The translations under genes and the position numbers were made by a program. From Thermoproteota archaeon (GTDB lineage: Archaea > Korarchaeota > Korarchaeia > Korarchaeales > JAOZGB01), in the NCBI GenBank assembly GCA_037917685.1, contig JAVCBU010000011.1, positions 77,489 to 141,488 of the forward strand: a stretch of 64,000 nt of DNA, given 5' to 3'. Shown here one piece after another: positions 1-9,888 of the stretch (positions are counted from its first letter, which is position 1; each line of letters starts with the position of its first letter). The notes under the pieces were generated by a model. That model was not told the DNA's origin and made no database searches. It saw only the letters and a list, made by a program, of their open reading frames with translations.

Positions 1-19
1 TGCTACAGTAGAGATTTGA

Positions 20-1603
20 TTAGTCTATACACATAAATCTCAGAAGGAAAGCTGAAAAGATGGCTGAAAAAGCCGATGCTCCTATAAACAGTAGTATTGG
101 GGTCAAACTGGCTATATCTAGGGCTCTAAGCAAGATGTAGGGTAGAATTGTTAGGCTTCCAACGGTTAGCCCAGCCATGCTAGCAGCAAGGGTAGCAATA
201 ACGTCTTTGAATGGATTATAGGATATGATCAGCTTGCCCCTGGTAAGCCTTAATATTACACACATCTCAACGGTTGAGACCGCAAAACACGTGAGAATCC
301 CAATGAGTGGCACAAAGTTGTCAGCCCATAAACCATGGGTGTAGGATAGGTAGAGGGGGATGAACACCGCTATTGGGACTGCAGAGGCTGTTGAAAAGAG
401 GGCTTTAGAGAGGACTATTTTTCTCCAGCTTATTGGAAGCATTAATAATGGTCGAGGGTTCACTAGGTCTAGACTTAGCAGATAGAGGCCATTTGCAGCT
501 GCTGAGAAGATCAGCAGCCCTGTGACAGCAGCGATTTTCAAAGGGGATGGTTTCCCTGAGAGGGTAGGGAGCATTATGATAAACATGTATATTGGGACTG
601 CAAATATGTATGCATGACTTGGACTTCGGGAGGCCACTCGGAAATCCTTCTTTATAACCCCGAGAGTTGCACCCGTCACGTTAATAGACAGCTGAAGCGG
701 CTCCACACGGCCCCCTATAAGCCCTCGCATACCAGGTTTTGAAATTATATTTACAGCTTTAACCCCGGCAAGCAACCCTAGCAGGAGATGCAATACGGAT
801 AGTAGAAGTATAGAAATGCTAACCTCGAATTCCCCGGCGTAATGTAAAGCGATTAGCATAAACTGGTAGGGGAAAATTAGACCTATAAGCTCATGTGCTG
901 CTGTAGCATGCGATGATACATAGCTCATTATCCAGGCAACCAGGTTTCCTATCCAGCCTAGAGACATTACAGCAAGCCCCCATAAGACAACTGTGAGAAA
1001 CCTTAATAATGACCTGGAGAGAGACCTTTCAACGCCGAAAATAAACCTGTAAAAGAGTGATGAAAGATAGATGGAAGCAGCCATTGAAAATATGAGTGTG
1101 AGAAGAGAAGCTGTAAGAACAGGGAGGGCGGCTTTTACACCCCACTTAAGCCCTGAGGCAAGAGTAGGAATCCCCACCAGTACAATAGAAGGAGCGTCGA
1201 TGAACCTGATGAAGATCAAGGCTGAAACGATTTTAAGCTCCTTTGCCGACAACGGCAGGACAGTTAGGGTCTTAAAAGCCTTACCTGAAAGAAAACTGGC
1301 TACAGTGGGCAGGTTGTAGAGAATAATAATGAACATTGAGAGAAGAAGAGAGGTTCCAAGGGTAACAGATTCTTCAAAGGGGTTATCATTCGCTACTCCG
1401 AAGGTTAAACCGGTAATGAATATTATCACCACTGAGAGTATAAGCTTGTTTAAAGCGTTCTGCCACCTTATCGACCTCCTCAGTTTTCTGATCCTCTCCT
1501 CTGTGTATGCACCGGCATGCCTGTATAACAAGAGGGCCTGAAAGTTAACCTCTTGGTAGGCTGTTCTAGATATGCTGAAAAGTCTTCTAATATTCATATT
1601 CAT
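20..1603 (-). CDS. Multi-pass membrane protein, probable ABC exporter permease
   Basis: 527 aa with many hydrophobic segments; start overlaps the stop of the upstream ABC ATPase (ATGA). Confidence 0.75.
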   Translation of the reverse strand: MNMNIRRLFSISRTAYQEVNFQALLLYRHAGAYTEERIRKLRRSIRWQNALNKLILSVVIIFITGLTFGVANDNPFEESVTLGTSLLLSMFIIILYNLPTVASFLSGKAFKTLTVLPLSAKELKIVSALIFIRFIDAPSIVLVGIPTLASGLKWGVKAALPVLTASLLTLIFSMAASIYLSSLFYRFIFGVERSLSRSLLRFLTVVLWGLAVMSLGWIGNLVAWIMSYVSSHATAAHELIGLIFPYQFMLIALHYAGEFEVSISILLLSVLHLLLGLLAGVKAVNIISKPGMRGLIGGRVEPLQLSINVTGATLGVIKKDFRVASRSPSHAYIFAVPIYMFIIMLPTLSGKPSPLKIAAVTGLLIFSAAANGLYLLSLDLVNPRPLLMLPISWRKIVLSKALFSTASAVPIAVFIPLYLSYTHGLWADNFVPLIGILTCFAVSTVEMCVILRLTRGKLIISYNPFKDVIATLAASMAGLTVGSLTILPYILLRALDIASLTPILLFIGASAFSAIFSAFLLRFMCID

Positions 1604-2370
1604 AGGGACTCCTCCAGCCCAGCTATTATCCTTGAAACCTCTTCCTCCTCACCGGTTACTTTCAGAAATATCTCCTCAAGGTCGGAAGCCTTAACCATGC
1701 TTGTAAGCTCTTCCACACTCCCTTCAGCGACAAGCCTGCCTCTATGTATTATTCCAACCTTTGTGCATATCTTCTCCGCAACCTCCATGATATGCGTTGA
1801 AAATAGAACTGACCCACCATTCCTTACATGTTCTCTAATTATCCCCTTCAATATGGCTACTGTCCTCGCATCAAGACCAATAAATGGCTCGTCTAGCACT
1901 AACAGGCGAGGGCTGTGGATCAACGGTGAAATTATACTAACTTTCTGCCTGGTTCCCATCGACAATGATATGATGGGACTATCAAAGTATTTTTGAAGAT
2001 CAAAAGCTTCAACCAGAAGTTTAACCCTCTGCCGGGTGAGATTCCTGTCTAAACCTCTAACGGAGGCTATAAACTCGAAGAACTCCCTAGGGGTGAGTGA
2101 CTCATATAAGGCCTGCTCCTCTGGTACATAGCCAATGATGCTCTTAACTTTTTGGCCGTCACTGGCAGGGTCAAGGCCGTAAACCTGGACGAGGCCGTCG
2201 TCTCTATCCAAAATCCCGGAGACGATGTTGAGAGTTGTCGTCTTTCCAGCCCCATTCGGCCCCAGTAACCCGTAAACTGTAGCTTCTTCAACCATAAATG
2301 TTAAGCCATCTAAAGCTCTGACATTACCGTAGCTTTTGTAGAGCTTTTCAACAATCAACGGCTTAAGCAC
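1600..2370 (-). CDS. ABC transporter ATP-binding protein
   Basis: Walker A GPNGAGKT, signature LSMGTRQK, Walker B LLVLDEP, H-loop STH. Confidence 0.95.
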   Translation of the reverse strand: MLKPLIVEKLYKSYGNVRALDGLTFMVEEATVYGLLGPNGAGKTTTLNIVSGILDRDDGLVQVYGLDPASDGQKVKSIIGYVPEEQALYESLTPREFFEFIASVRGLDRNLTRQRVKLLVEAFDLQKYFDSPIISLSMGTRQKVSIISPLIHSPRLLVLDEPFIGLDARTVAILKGIIREHVRNGGSVLFSTHIMEVAEKICTKVGIIHRGRLVAEGSVEELTSMVKASDLEEIFLKVTGEEEEVSRIIAGLEESL

Positions 2371-2423
2371 AATTATATGCTCACATTAATAATTAATAAT
2401 AGGGTATGATTTTAGCATAATGC

Positions 2424-3224
2424 ATGATGCCAAGAGCTAAGCTTTTACATCTACTTAACGACGCATACGAAACTTTTCTAGGCGAGAATCAGTTGTTGAA
2501 GGTAGAGTCTGACAGGGTTGCTTTTGTTGGCGATACCCATGGAGACTTCGAATCAACCAGATCTGTGGTTTCAAAGGAGCTTGGAAAGTCAGTTATGGTT
2601 TTCCTGGGAGACTACGTAGACCGGGGGCCCCAACAGTTGGAGAACATAGTTTATCTCCTCGAGCTTAAGCTTGAAAACCCGGACAAGATCATTCTCCTCA
2701 GGGGGAACCATGAGACCCCTCTTGCCAACAGGTTCTATGGCTTTGAATCGATTGTTGTGAGAATGTATGACTTAAAGATTTACAAGAGGTTTACCGAGGT
2801 ATTTTCCGTGATGCCTTATGCTGCGCTTGCAGGTAGTGTTCTAGCATTGCATGGGGGAATTGCTAGAAGGCTTGGAAGCCTTGACGATATCAGGAATTTA
2901 AGGAAGGGGATAGTGGAGCCATACAGGGAGAGCAGTTTAGCGCTTGAAATTCTCTGGAACGACCCCTCCGAGGATGTTGAGTGGTTTGGGCCGAGTATAA
3001 GGGGTGAGGGGATCTATGTTTTCGGGCCTAAAGCATATGAATCTTTTTCAAGGTCCAACAATATAGATTTTATGATAAGAGCGCACCAGGTTTTTGCTAA
3101 GGGATACAACTGGTACTTTAACAGGAGAGTACTCAGCATTTTCTCAGCAAGGCATTACGGATTTAAGATAGATGCTAAATACGCCATCCTTGAGGGGGGC
3201 ATGTTGAGAGTGGAGAGGGTCTAG
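2424..3224 (+). CDS. PPP-family Ser/Thr protein phosphatase (PP1-arch-like)
   Basis: GDTHG, GDYVDRG, RGNHE, HGG, ILWNDP, IRAHQ and SIFSA motifs. Confidence 0.92.
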   Translation: MMPRAKLLHLLNDAYETFLGENQLLKVESDRVAFVGDTHGDFESTRSVVSKELGKSVMVFLGDYVDRGPQQLENIVYLLELKLENPDKIILLRGNHETPLANRFYGFESIVVRMYDLKIYKRFTEVFSVMPYAALAGSVLALHGGIARRLGSLDDIRNLRKGIVEPYRESSLALEILWNDPSEDVEWFGPSIRGEGIYVFGPKAYESFSRSNNIDFMIRAHQVFAKGYNWYFNRRVLSIFSARHYGFKIDAKYAILEGGMLRVERV

Positions 3225-3307
3225 GACCGTTTAGTTTAGCGGTGCCAAGAGTCGCCAAAGTCATTTGAAACTCAACAATTTTAAGTGTTCTTTGGGAAGA
3301 GCATGCA

Positions 3308-4216
3308 ATGGCTAAGGTTGAGCATGTAGACGTGTGGCCAGGGATCTCTGTTAAAGAGTTGGTGGAACAGTTTTCCAGGGGAGGCTTTCAGGCGTACAGG
3401 CTTTGGAAGGCTTGCCAGATTTTCAGGGAAATGGTGGAGGACAAGGAATGTACAAGGTTTCTCGGTCTTGCAGGGGCGCTGATCCCTGGTGGGATGCGTA
3501 GGGTTATTGTCAAAATGATTAGGAAACACATGGTTGATGTTATTGTGTCGACGGGTGGGATACTAACCCACGACCTGATAGAAGCAGCAGGAGTACAGCA
3601 CGTACACGCGCCGGAGAGATACAACGATGTAGAGCTAAGGAGTAAAATGCTTAACAGAATCTACAATGTTCTACTCCCTAACGAGGGATACGTTAAGCTT
3701 GAAAAGATGCTTGCAACAATCCTGGAAAAGCTTCCTCAGAAAACCATGAGCAGCAGGGAGTTCCTTGAACACCTTGGCCATCGCTTGGAGGATAGGGAGT
3801 CTATCTTAAGGGCTGCCTATGAGGAGAATGTAAAGATATTCTGTCCTGCTATAGCGGATTCCGTTCTCGGCTTCCATGTATGGATGAACACCCAGTTTTT
3901 AAAGCTCAGGGTGAACCCAATATTGGATCAGAGGGAAATGACAGGGATCGCCTATGAATCAAAGAAGTGCGGGGCGCTATTCGTCGGTGGTGGGACCCCT
4001 AAGCATTACATAGCACTTGCAATGCAGTTTTCACCCAGAAGCCTCGAATACGCGATTCAAATAACGATGGATAGGCCTGAACATGGCGGAGTATCTGGAG
4101 CTACCCTCTCGGAGGCTAAGTCATGGGGGAAAGTTGCGGAGAAAGCCAAAACAGCAGAGGTGATATGTGACGCCACCATAGCATTACCGATCATGGTAGC
4201 CTCAACCCTATCGTAA
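3308..4216 (+). CDS. dys: Deoxyhypusine synthase
   Basis: STGGILTHD, NRIYNV, CPAIADS, GGGTPKH and GGVSGATLSEAKSWGK (catalytic Lys). Confidence 0.92.
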   Translation: MAKVEHVDVWPGISVKELVEQFSRGGFQAYRLWKACQIFREMVEDKECTRFLGLAGALIPGGMRRVIVKMIRKHMVDVIVSTGGILTHDLIEAAGVQHVHAPERYNDVELRSKMLNRIYNVLLPNEGYVKLEKMLATILEKLPQKTMSSREFLEHLGHRLEDRESILRAAYEENVKIFCPAIADSVLGFHVWMNTQFLKLRVNPILDQREMTGIAYESKKCGALFVGGGTPKHYIALAMQFSPRSLEYAIQITMDRPEHGGVSGATLSEAKSWGKVAEKAKTAEVICDATIALPIMVASTLS

Positions 4217-4335
4217 ATCGGTATATGAGCATGGATACGTCGCCTCAGCTGTAACTATTCTTTTCGTATTTCTATCTACCGGTCACTATGAACTTTCAAC
4301 ATCAAAAATTTAACTTTGGATGGTGTAAAAGTGGT

Positions 4336-5001
4336 ATGGTTGAGAAAATAAATGTAAACATCACTGTCGAAGAAGTGAATAAAAAGCTTCTAGAACAAAA
4401 CGATAGGGTTGCCGGGGCTATAAGGAGGATGCTGGAAGAGAAGGGCATCAGAGCCATCGAGTTCCTCGGGGGACCGGGATCCGGAAAGACAAGCCTCATA
4501 GAGAGACTCTCATTGTTAATAGGCCCGGATAAAGTCGCCTATATAGGGGGAGATGTCGCAACGAGTTTTGATACTGAGAGGGTTAGTAAAATAGGCGTAC
4601 GTGCGGTCCAGATAAATACCGGTGGAATATGCCATCTTGAAGCTTTACATGTCGAAAAAGCCCTTAAAATTTTGAACCTTGAAGGAGTAAGGTATCTATT
4701 CATAGAGAATGTAGGCAACTTGATATGCCCCTTTGAGTTTAACATCGGCTCACATGTTAGGGTTCTGGTGGTCTCAGCTGGTGAAGGTGAGGATAAATTC
4801 TTAAAACACCCAATGTCTGTAGCCCTTTCAAACGTGATAGTTGTAAACAAGGCTGACCTGGCACCCCACGTTGGCGTTGACGTTGAGAAAATGGTCAGAG
4901 ACGCACTGAAAATAAACGGGCGGGCCAAGGTTGTAGTTACAAGCGCGAAAACCGGGGAGGGAATTAAAGAACTTGCAGAAGCTTTAATGTTAGAAGCATA
5001 A
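4336..5001 (+). CDS. hypB: Hydrogenase nickel incorporation GTPase HypB
   Basis: GGPGSGKT, NTGGICHL, ENVGNLICP, GEDK and NKAD; start moved from the track's 4288 to the ATG at 4336. Confidence 0.93.
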   Translation: MVEKINVNITVEEVNKKLLEQNDRVAGAIRRMLEEKGIRAIEFLGGPGSGKTSLIERLSLLIGPDKVAYIGGDVATSFDTERVSKIGVRAVQINTGGICHLEALHVEKALKILNLEGVRYLFIENVGNLICPFEFNIGSHVRVLVVSAGEGEDKFLKHPMSVALSNVIVVNKADLAPHVGVDVEKMVRDALKINGRAKVVVTSAKTGEGIKELAEALMLEA

Positions 5002-5206
5002 AGGGTATAGAACTATCATTACCATGTAGGAAGGACAAGTATGGTAGGATGGGCAAGTGAGTTTAAAACTTTGAACCCGCACTAAACCAATAGATAATGA
5101 CGTGTAAGCCTGAAATTGGTTAATTCAGGGGCCGCAGTCTTCTCTGAAGCCTTTATCTTGTAGGACAATATTTTAAGAAAGGCCAGAGTTAGAGTCTCAG
5201 GTTAAA

Positions 5207-6046
5207 ATGGCCGACGTTAAGACACGAACTAGTAAGCCTTTAGATCCTGAGGTGGAAGCTATAAAGGAGAAGCTTAAAGGTGTTAAGAGAAAGATAATCG
5301 TTTTAAGCGGGAAAGGAGGGGTTGGAAAATCTACTGTAACAGCTAACCTTGCAGCTGCCTTTGCTAAAAGGAAGCCTAACAGTGTGGGTGTTTTTGACTA
5401 CGACTTCCATGGACCAGCGATCCCCAGGATGCTGGGGGTAAGAGACATGCAGCTTAAAGTCTTCCCTCTAGGCATATTCCCCGTTACTGGCGTATTAGGG
5501 ATCAAGGTGATCAGTATGGCTCTACTTCTGCCAGATGATAAGACCCCCGTTATATGGCGTGGCCCTTTGAAGCACAAGGCCTTGAGAGAGTTTATGGCTA
5601 ATGTTATGTGGGGAAACCTTGACTGGCTGTTCTTCGATCTCCCACCAGGAACCGGAGACGAAGCGTTGAACATCGCCCAGAACGTTCCTGGAATAGACGG
5701 AGCCATAGTTGTCACAATACCTTCTGAGGTTTCAAGAGTCGCTGTTGAAAAGTCGGCGGAGTTCTGCAAGAAGCTTGACATCAAGCTGCTAGGTGTTATT
5801 GAGAACATGAGCTACCTTGTCTGCCCCAAGTGCGGGTTTAGGATTGAAGTGTTCGGACGGGGTGCGGGTGAGAAGATAGTCGCTGAGGAGAACATACCAC
5901 TCCTGGGCAGGATACCCCTGGATCCACAGCTGGCGAGAGCCATGGACATAGGGGAACCCATAGTTATGAGCCGGCCGGGGTCTGAAGTTTCAAGGGCTTT
6001 TAATGAAATCGCGGACAGAATAGAAAAAGAAATAGCAGTAAAATAA
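5207..6046 (+). CDS. Mrp/NBP35 (ApbC) Fe-S cluster carrier ATPase
   Basis: SGKGGVGKST, PVIWRGP, DLPPGTGD and ENMSYLVCPKC. Confidence 0.93.
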   Translation: MADVKTRTSKPLDPEVEAIKEKLKGVKRKIIVLSGKGGVGKSTVTANLAAAFAKRKPNSVGVFDYDFHGPAIPRMLGVRDMQLKVFPLGIFPVTGVLGIKVISMALLLPDDKTPVIWRGPLKHKALREFMANVMWGNLDWLFFDLPPGTGDEALNIAQNVPGIDGAIVVTIPSEVSRVAVEKSAEFCKKLDIKLLGVIENMSYLVCPKCGFRIEVFGRGAGEKIVAEENIPLLGRIPLDPQLARAMDIGEPIVMSRPGSEVSRAFNEIADRIEKEIAVK

Positions 6047-6104
6047 AATGTTATTTCAGCTTTATTCATTAACTATTTAAATATTAAAGCAATAGTTTTG
6101 AATA

Positions 6105-6776
6105 ATGGATGAATTTAGGTATCTATTTTTCCAAAAACTTGTTAATAGCTATCCTGGAGGGATTGACTTTCTCCGGGGGACAAGCGATGGCAGGATTATT
6201 TTAAGACCGAAAAGGGGGAGAATAAGCTTTATATATGTCAGAGCCGCCGGTTTTTTAAAGGATGGAAGGGGTACAGACGGCTTTTCCCTATCCTGCCTGG
6301 TTCAGATTGGCAAGAGGAAAAGATGGGAACTGTTTGAGCTTATGCTCTCAGCCTGTAAGCTCACACATTCTGAGCAAAAATGGAAATTTGAAGAACACGA
6401 GGCTATAGGCAAGCTACTCGCTGAAGCTCTTATTAGAGGTCTGAAACCTAGAGCCTTGCATGCAGTCTTAAACATGGACTTAAACCTCATAGGGGAGATA
6501 TCAAGTTATTTTACAGCCTATAAACACTCCCTGGAGCTTCTTCCAGTCCCAGATGAGATAGCTTTCAAGCTTCCCATTGATGTAACCCCAATAGGGCTGA
6601 GCTTCGACGCTGAGAAGATATGCCGAAGCTTCGGTGAGGGGATGGTCTACTGGTCCATTCTTTTTACAAGAGTATTCCCAATGGGAAGGCCTGGAGTTAA
6701 GGAGTTTAACCGTTTCATAGATCTTGAGCTTCCCTCAACCCTTAAGGTTATTAACAGAATCGCCAGGCACCTATAA
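6105..6776 (+). CDS. Hypothetical protein
   Basis: 223-aa ATG ORF with an AT-rich promoter-like region upstream; no motif recognised. Confidence 0.6.
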   Translation: MDEFRYLFFQKLVNSYPGGIDFLRGTSDGRIILRPKRGRISFIYVRAAGFLKDGRGTDGFSLSCLVQIGKRKRWELFELMLSACKLTHSEQKWKFEEHEAIGKLLAEALIRGLKPRALHAVLNMDLNLIGEISSYFTAYKHSLELLPVPDEIAFKLPIDVTPIGLSFDAEKICRSFGEGMVYWSILFTRVFPMGRPGVKEFNRFIDLELPSTLKVINRIARHL

Positions 6777-6815
6777 ATTTAAATTTTATCTACACATGAG
6801 TGAAATAGGATTCTC

Positions 6816-7043
6816 ATGGTTGAAGCTTATGTTCTAATATCTACCGAACCCGCTAGAACAGCCCAGATCAAATCTGAAATATTAAGGATTGAAGGGGTTA
6901 AGAGGGCGGACATTGTAACCGGGCCTGCAGATATCGTAGTCCTACTCGAAGCCAACAACATGAGCGAACTAAGAGATATGGTTAGTGAAAGAATTAGAGG
7001 AATAGAGGGAATACTTAAAACTGAAACGATGGTTGTACTTTAA
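6816..7043 (+). CDS. Lrp/AsnC ligand-binding (RAM) domain protein
   Basis: 75 aa with AYVLI...VTGPADIV...IRGIEGILKTET pattern and no HTH. Confidence 0.85.
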   Translation: MVEAYVLISTEPARTAQIKSEILRIEGVKRADIVTGPADIVVLLEANNMSELRDMVSERIRGIEGILKTETMVVL

Positions 7044-7046
7044 GGT

Positions 7047-7691
7047 TTGAGGCGTACAACAGCTAGAACGTACATAGACAGGCTTGTAGCGTCTGAAAAC
7101 GTAGACGCAGTAAATACAAGTAAAAAGTTGAAAGTAGAATACGAAAGATTCAAGTCAACTCTTAAAGTCGAGGACTTCGACAGGTTCTTAGACCTTATAC
7201 TCCAAAACTCAAATGTTATAATGAAGGCTCTCGGAGGCCTCCCCCAGCTGATAGGACAATTTAGAGCTTTCAGTCTTGAGGAGTATGTTTTAGAACTGCT
7301 TGTAAGGAGAGTTGGTGTAGAAAGGAAGTTCATCTTCTGGAATGATGACGTTGCCATATGGAAGGAAGGGGGCGAGACTTGTAAGATGAAGTTTGACATT
7401 GTAATTGGGCGTAAAATCAAGAACGAAATCCACCCAGTCTTAACAGTTGAGGCTAAAGTTGATGTTGATGCACCAAGGCTTAAAGCATCTATTTTCGAGG
7501 CTTTAATGGTTAAAAGACTGCATAAGGATTGCAAATGCCTCCTAGTATATGTTAGTTGGAACGCAGATAAGATATGGCATAGGATTGCAATGACAGGATT
7601 TGACGGGATATACCAGTTCTACAGCTCTCAGGATGATGTTGAAAGATTCGTTAGGGACATCAAGTCTTATTCGACTGGAATTATGCTGTAA
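7047..7691 (+). CDS. Putative PD-(D/E)xK nuclease (restriction-endonuclease-like)
   Basis: Helical Glu (SLEE), then FD-IVI, then TVEAK; resembles type II REase catalytic cores. Confidence 0.55.
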   Translation: MRRTTARTYIDRLVASENVDAVNTSKKLKVEYERFKSTLKVEDFDRFLDLILQNSNVIMKALGGLPQLIGQFRAFSLEEYVLELLVRRVGVERKFIFWNDDVAIWKEGGETCKMKFDIVIGRKIKNEIHPVLTVEAKVDVDAPRLKASIFEALMVKRLHKDCKCLLVYVSWNADKIWHRIAMTGFDGIYQFYSSQDDVERFVRDIKSYSTGIML

Positions 7692-9046
7692 TTCCCGTTT
7701 TCCAAGGGTTTGACATAATATAGTTTGGTGTAGGGCATTTCACCATAGATGACAGTAGAAGCGTTTATCTTCGTGATCTTCCAGTAACTGCTCAGCTCCG
7801 CTGTCACACCCCTTAACGGTTTAATTGAGATGTATTGTGACACTGGAAATGCAAGCTGCCTCTCAGATATTACAAGTTCAGCGAGTCTAACAATGAACTC
7901 CCTCATCTCATTTACTCCAAGCCTCCTCGAAATCAAACCAATGCATGGAAATATAACTACAAAGTTATCCTTGGAGTTTTGCTTTACACCCTCATAGGCT
8001 TGTAGGAAGTCATGCCACGCCTCATCCAGCGAGGAGGTGGTTAGCCTCCTATAGTAGGGCTTGTCTCCTCCAACCGGAGTTATCAGGGCAACTCTCTCAT
8101 TTAGGCCTTCCACATCCTGTAACATTTTATCTATGATCTCTGTGATAGGTCCTCTTTCGTACAGTAACACGAGGCCGTATCCTGATGATACGATCTCTTT
8201 GAACATCCTTGAAAACAGGGATATGAACTCAAGCCTTATAGTCTCATCTAGAGCTATGAGATTTATGCTGCCCCTATCCCAACCCCCACCTAGCACCTCA
8301 TCGAACCCTTCTATTCTGGAGGGGACTTTGACGCTGACTTTTAGGTCGTCGGCTGAGGAGGTTGAAACCTCCTTAATACTTAAGGGTTTTAGAACCTGGA
8401 AAATCCCTCCTGTCAGGGTAAACAGGTATTTATGATAAGCAATGTTTACCCCCCTGAGCTTTGAAATCTCCATTATTCTCACTAGCCTTCCGTACAGTTC
8501 GCTCCTTTGAAGTTTTATTACTCCGTCTACAGTGTAGTCAAGGGTTGTGGTCTCTTCTGTCTCGCTTACAAATATCAGGGGTATATTTTTCTCTCCAGCC
8601 AGCCTTACCACTCTATCCTCGACGTTCATCCTTTCGTCAGGTGACAGCTGGGTTGCAACAGCTTCCCAGCTGTCAACTATTATGAGTGGGTTTTTTATCC
8701 GTGAGGCCACGTCAAAGGCATGCTCCAGCCCCCTGGCGGCTGAGGGAAGGTCAAAAAATGATATTGTTAAGGCGATATTTTCAGGTGACTCGACCCCATA
8801 GCGTCTTACATCTCTTAATGTAACGGTTTCTATTCTCTCTGCCAGATAGGGATATTGTTTGAAGAGCTTGTCAACCCCCACCCTTGTTGAAATATAGATA
8901 GGATTAAATTCGTCCTTAAAGTATTCTACTATTCCCATGGAGAAGATAGTCTTTCCAGCCCCGGGCTGGCCCTTGACAAGAAGGGTGTTCCAGCCTTTCC
9001 TAAGAAACTGATCTAGCTCAGGTGGAATAGATGGCTTAATCATCAT
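7667..9046 (-). CDS. KaiC/RAD55/GvpD-like P-loop ATPase with a degenerate second RecA-like domain
   Basis: LLVKGQPGAGKT, IIVDSW, DYTVDGVI and ISKLRG; second domain begins SRIEGFDEVLGGG but lacks Walker A. Confidence 0.75.
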   Translation of the reverse strand: MMIKPSIPPELDQFLRKGWNTLLVKGQPGAGKTIFSMGIVEYFKDEFNPIYISTRVGVDKLFKQYPYLAERIETVTLRDVRRYGVESPENIALTISFFDLPSAARGLEHAFDVASRIKNPLIIVDSWEAVATQLSPDERMNVEDRVVRLAGEKNIPLIFVSETEETTTLDYTVDGVIKLQRSELYGRLVRIMEISKLRGVNIAYHKYLFTLTGGIFQVLKPLSIKEVSTSSADDLKVSVKVPSRIEGFDEVLGGGWDRGSINLIALDETIRLEFISLFSRMFKEIVSSGYGLVLLYERGPITEIIDKMLQDVEGLNERVALITPVGGDKPYYRRLTTSSLDEAWHDFLQAYEGVKQNSKDNFVVIFPCIGLISRRLGVNEMREFIVRLAELVISERQLAFPVSQYISIKPLRGVTAELSSYWKITKINASTVIYGEMPYTKLYYVKPLENGNYSIIPVE

Positions 9047-9075
9047 GTAGTAGTGTATAAACCACGTTAAAAAAT

Positions 9076-9888
9076 TTACCCATTATCGAGGCCTATGAAA
9101 ATTCCTGTGAGGATGTCTACACCTGAGGTTCCACCAGCAGCGATAAGCTTCTCAACCCATGGAGTTGGATCTTCGCTCGACATTAGCCTTACAACTTCTT
9201 GACAGTAGTATCCACATGTAGCGCAATTGATCAGGCTTCGGCTAAGCAGCGTTGTATTATATGCATATTTTAACATGTTTTCCAAGATTATTTTCCCAAG
9301 CATTGAGCCTTTACTGTGTAAGGCAGCGGCAACCCCCATCATCATGTCATCGCAGCTTGGTGTCGACCCTTCTCCGAGACCTACCAGCGTGCTGATAGCC
9401 TGGCCCGGGTCTCCTGTTTTAAGTGAGACTACTAGATTGTCTATTCTCCTGAGGATAAAGCGTCTGTAAGGGTTTATGTTTACCTTGGCGCCTACTTTGT
9501 ATTTTACATACCATGAGAGTCCACGGTCCGTACTTTGAAGCCTTTCAAGGATAAGTCTTTTAAGCCTTTTAAGCCTTACACCGTTAGTCTTAGGCATTTT
9601 AGATCTGTCTGGAGATACTTGGACTTCCACCTCCAGGGGTGGAGCTTTAAGCAGAGAGTTTCCAACAAGGAGATAACTGGACTTAACCTTCCTCATATCA
9701 TAACTCGCTGGAATATCGCATATTATTGTTATAGGGAGGTGTAGGGTTCCCATGGCTCCTACTCCAACCAGGCGGTCTCCGCTTAGCACGTTTATGGTTC
9801 TCCTGAATTTTGAGTGAATCTTGTATACTCCTGGCTTTAGGCCTGTGCACTGTCCTCTCCATACTGCCTTATAACGGTATATTTCCAT
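9076..9888 (-). CDS. DUF2877 (YlbF/AllH-like) protein
   Basis: LVGLGEGSTPSCDD, TTLLS and GGTSGVD motifs typical of DUF2877. Confidence 0.75.
   Translation of the reverse strand: MEIYRYKAVWRGQCTGLKPGVYKIHSKFRRTINVLSGDRLVGVGAMGTLHLPITIICDIPASYDMRKVKSSYLLVGNSLLKAPPLEVEVQVSPDRSKMPKTNGVRLKRLKRLILERLQSTDRGLSWYVKYKVGAKVNINPYRRFILRRIDNLVVSLKTGDPGQAISTLVGLGEGSTPSCDDMMMGVAAALHSKGSMLGKIILENMLKYAYNTTLLSRSLINCATCGYYCQEVVRLMSSEDPTPWVEKLIAAGGTSGVDILTGIFIGLDNG

Noticed and set aside
4300-4322. Imperfect palindrome around the hypB TATA box as a nickel-regulator site
   Set aside because: It is short, AT-rich and unlike the NikR consensus, so it could be chance.
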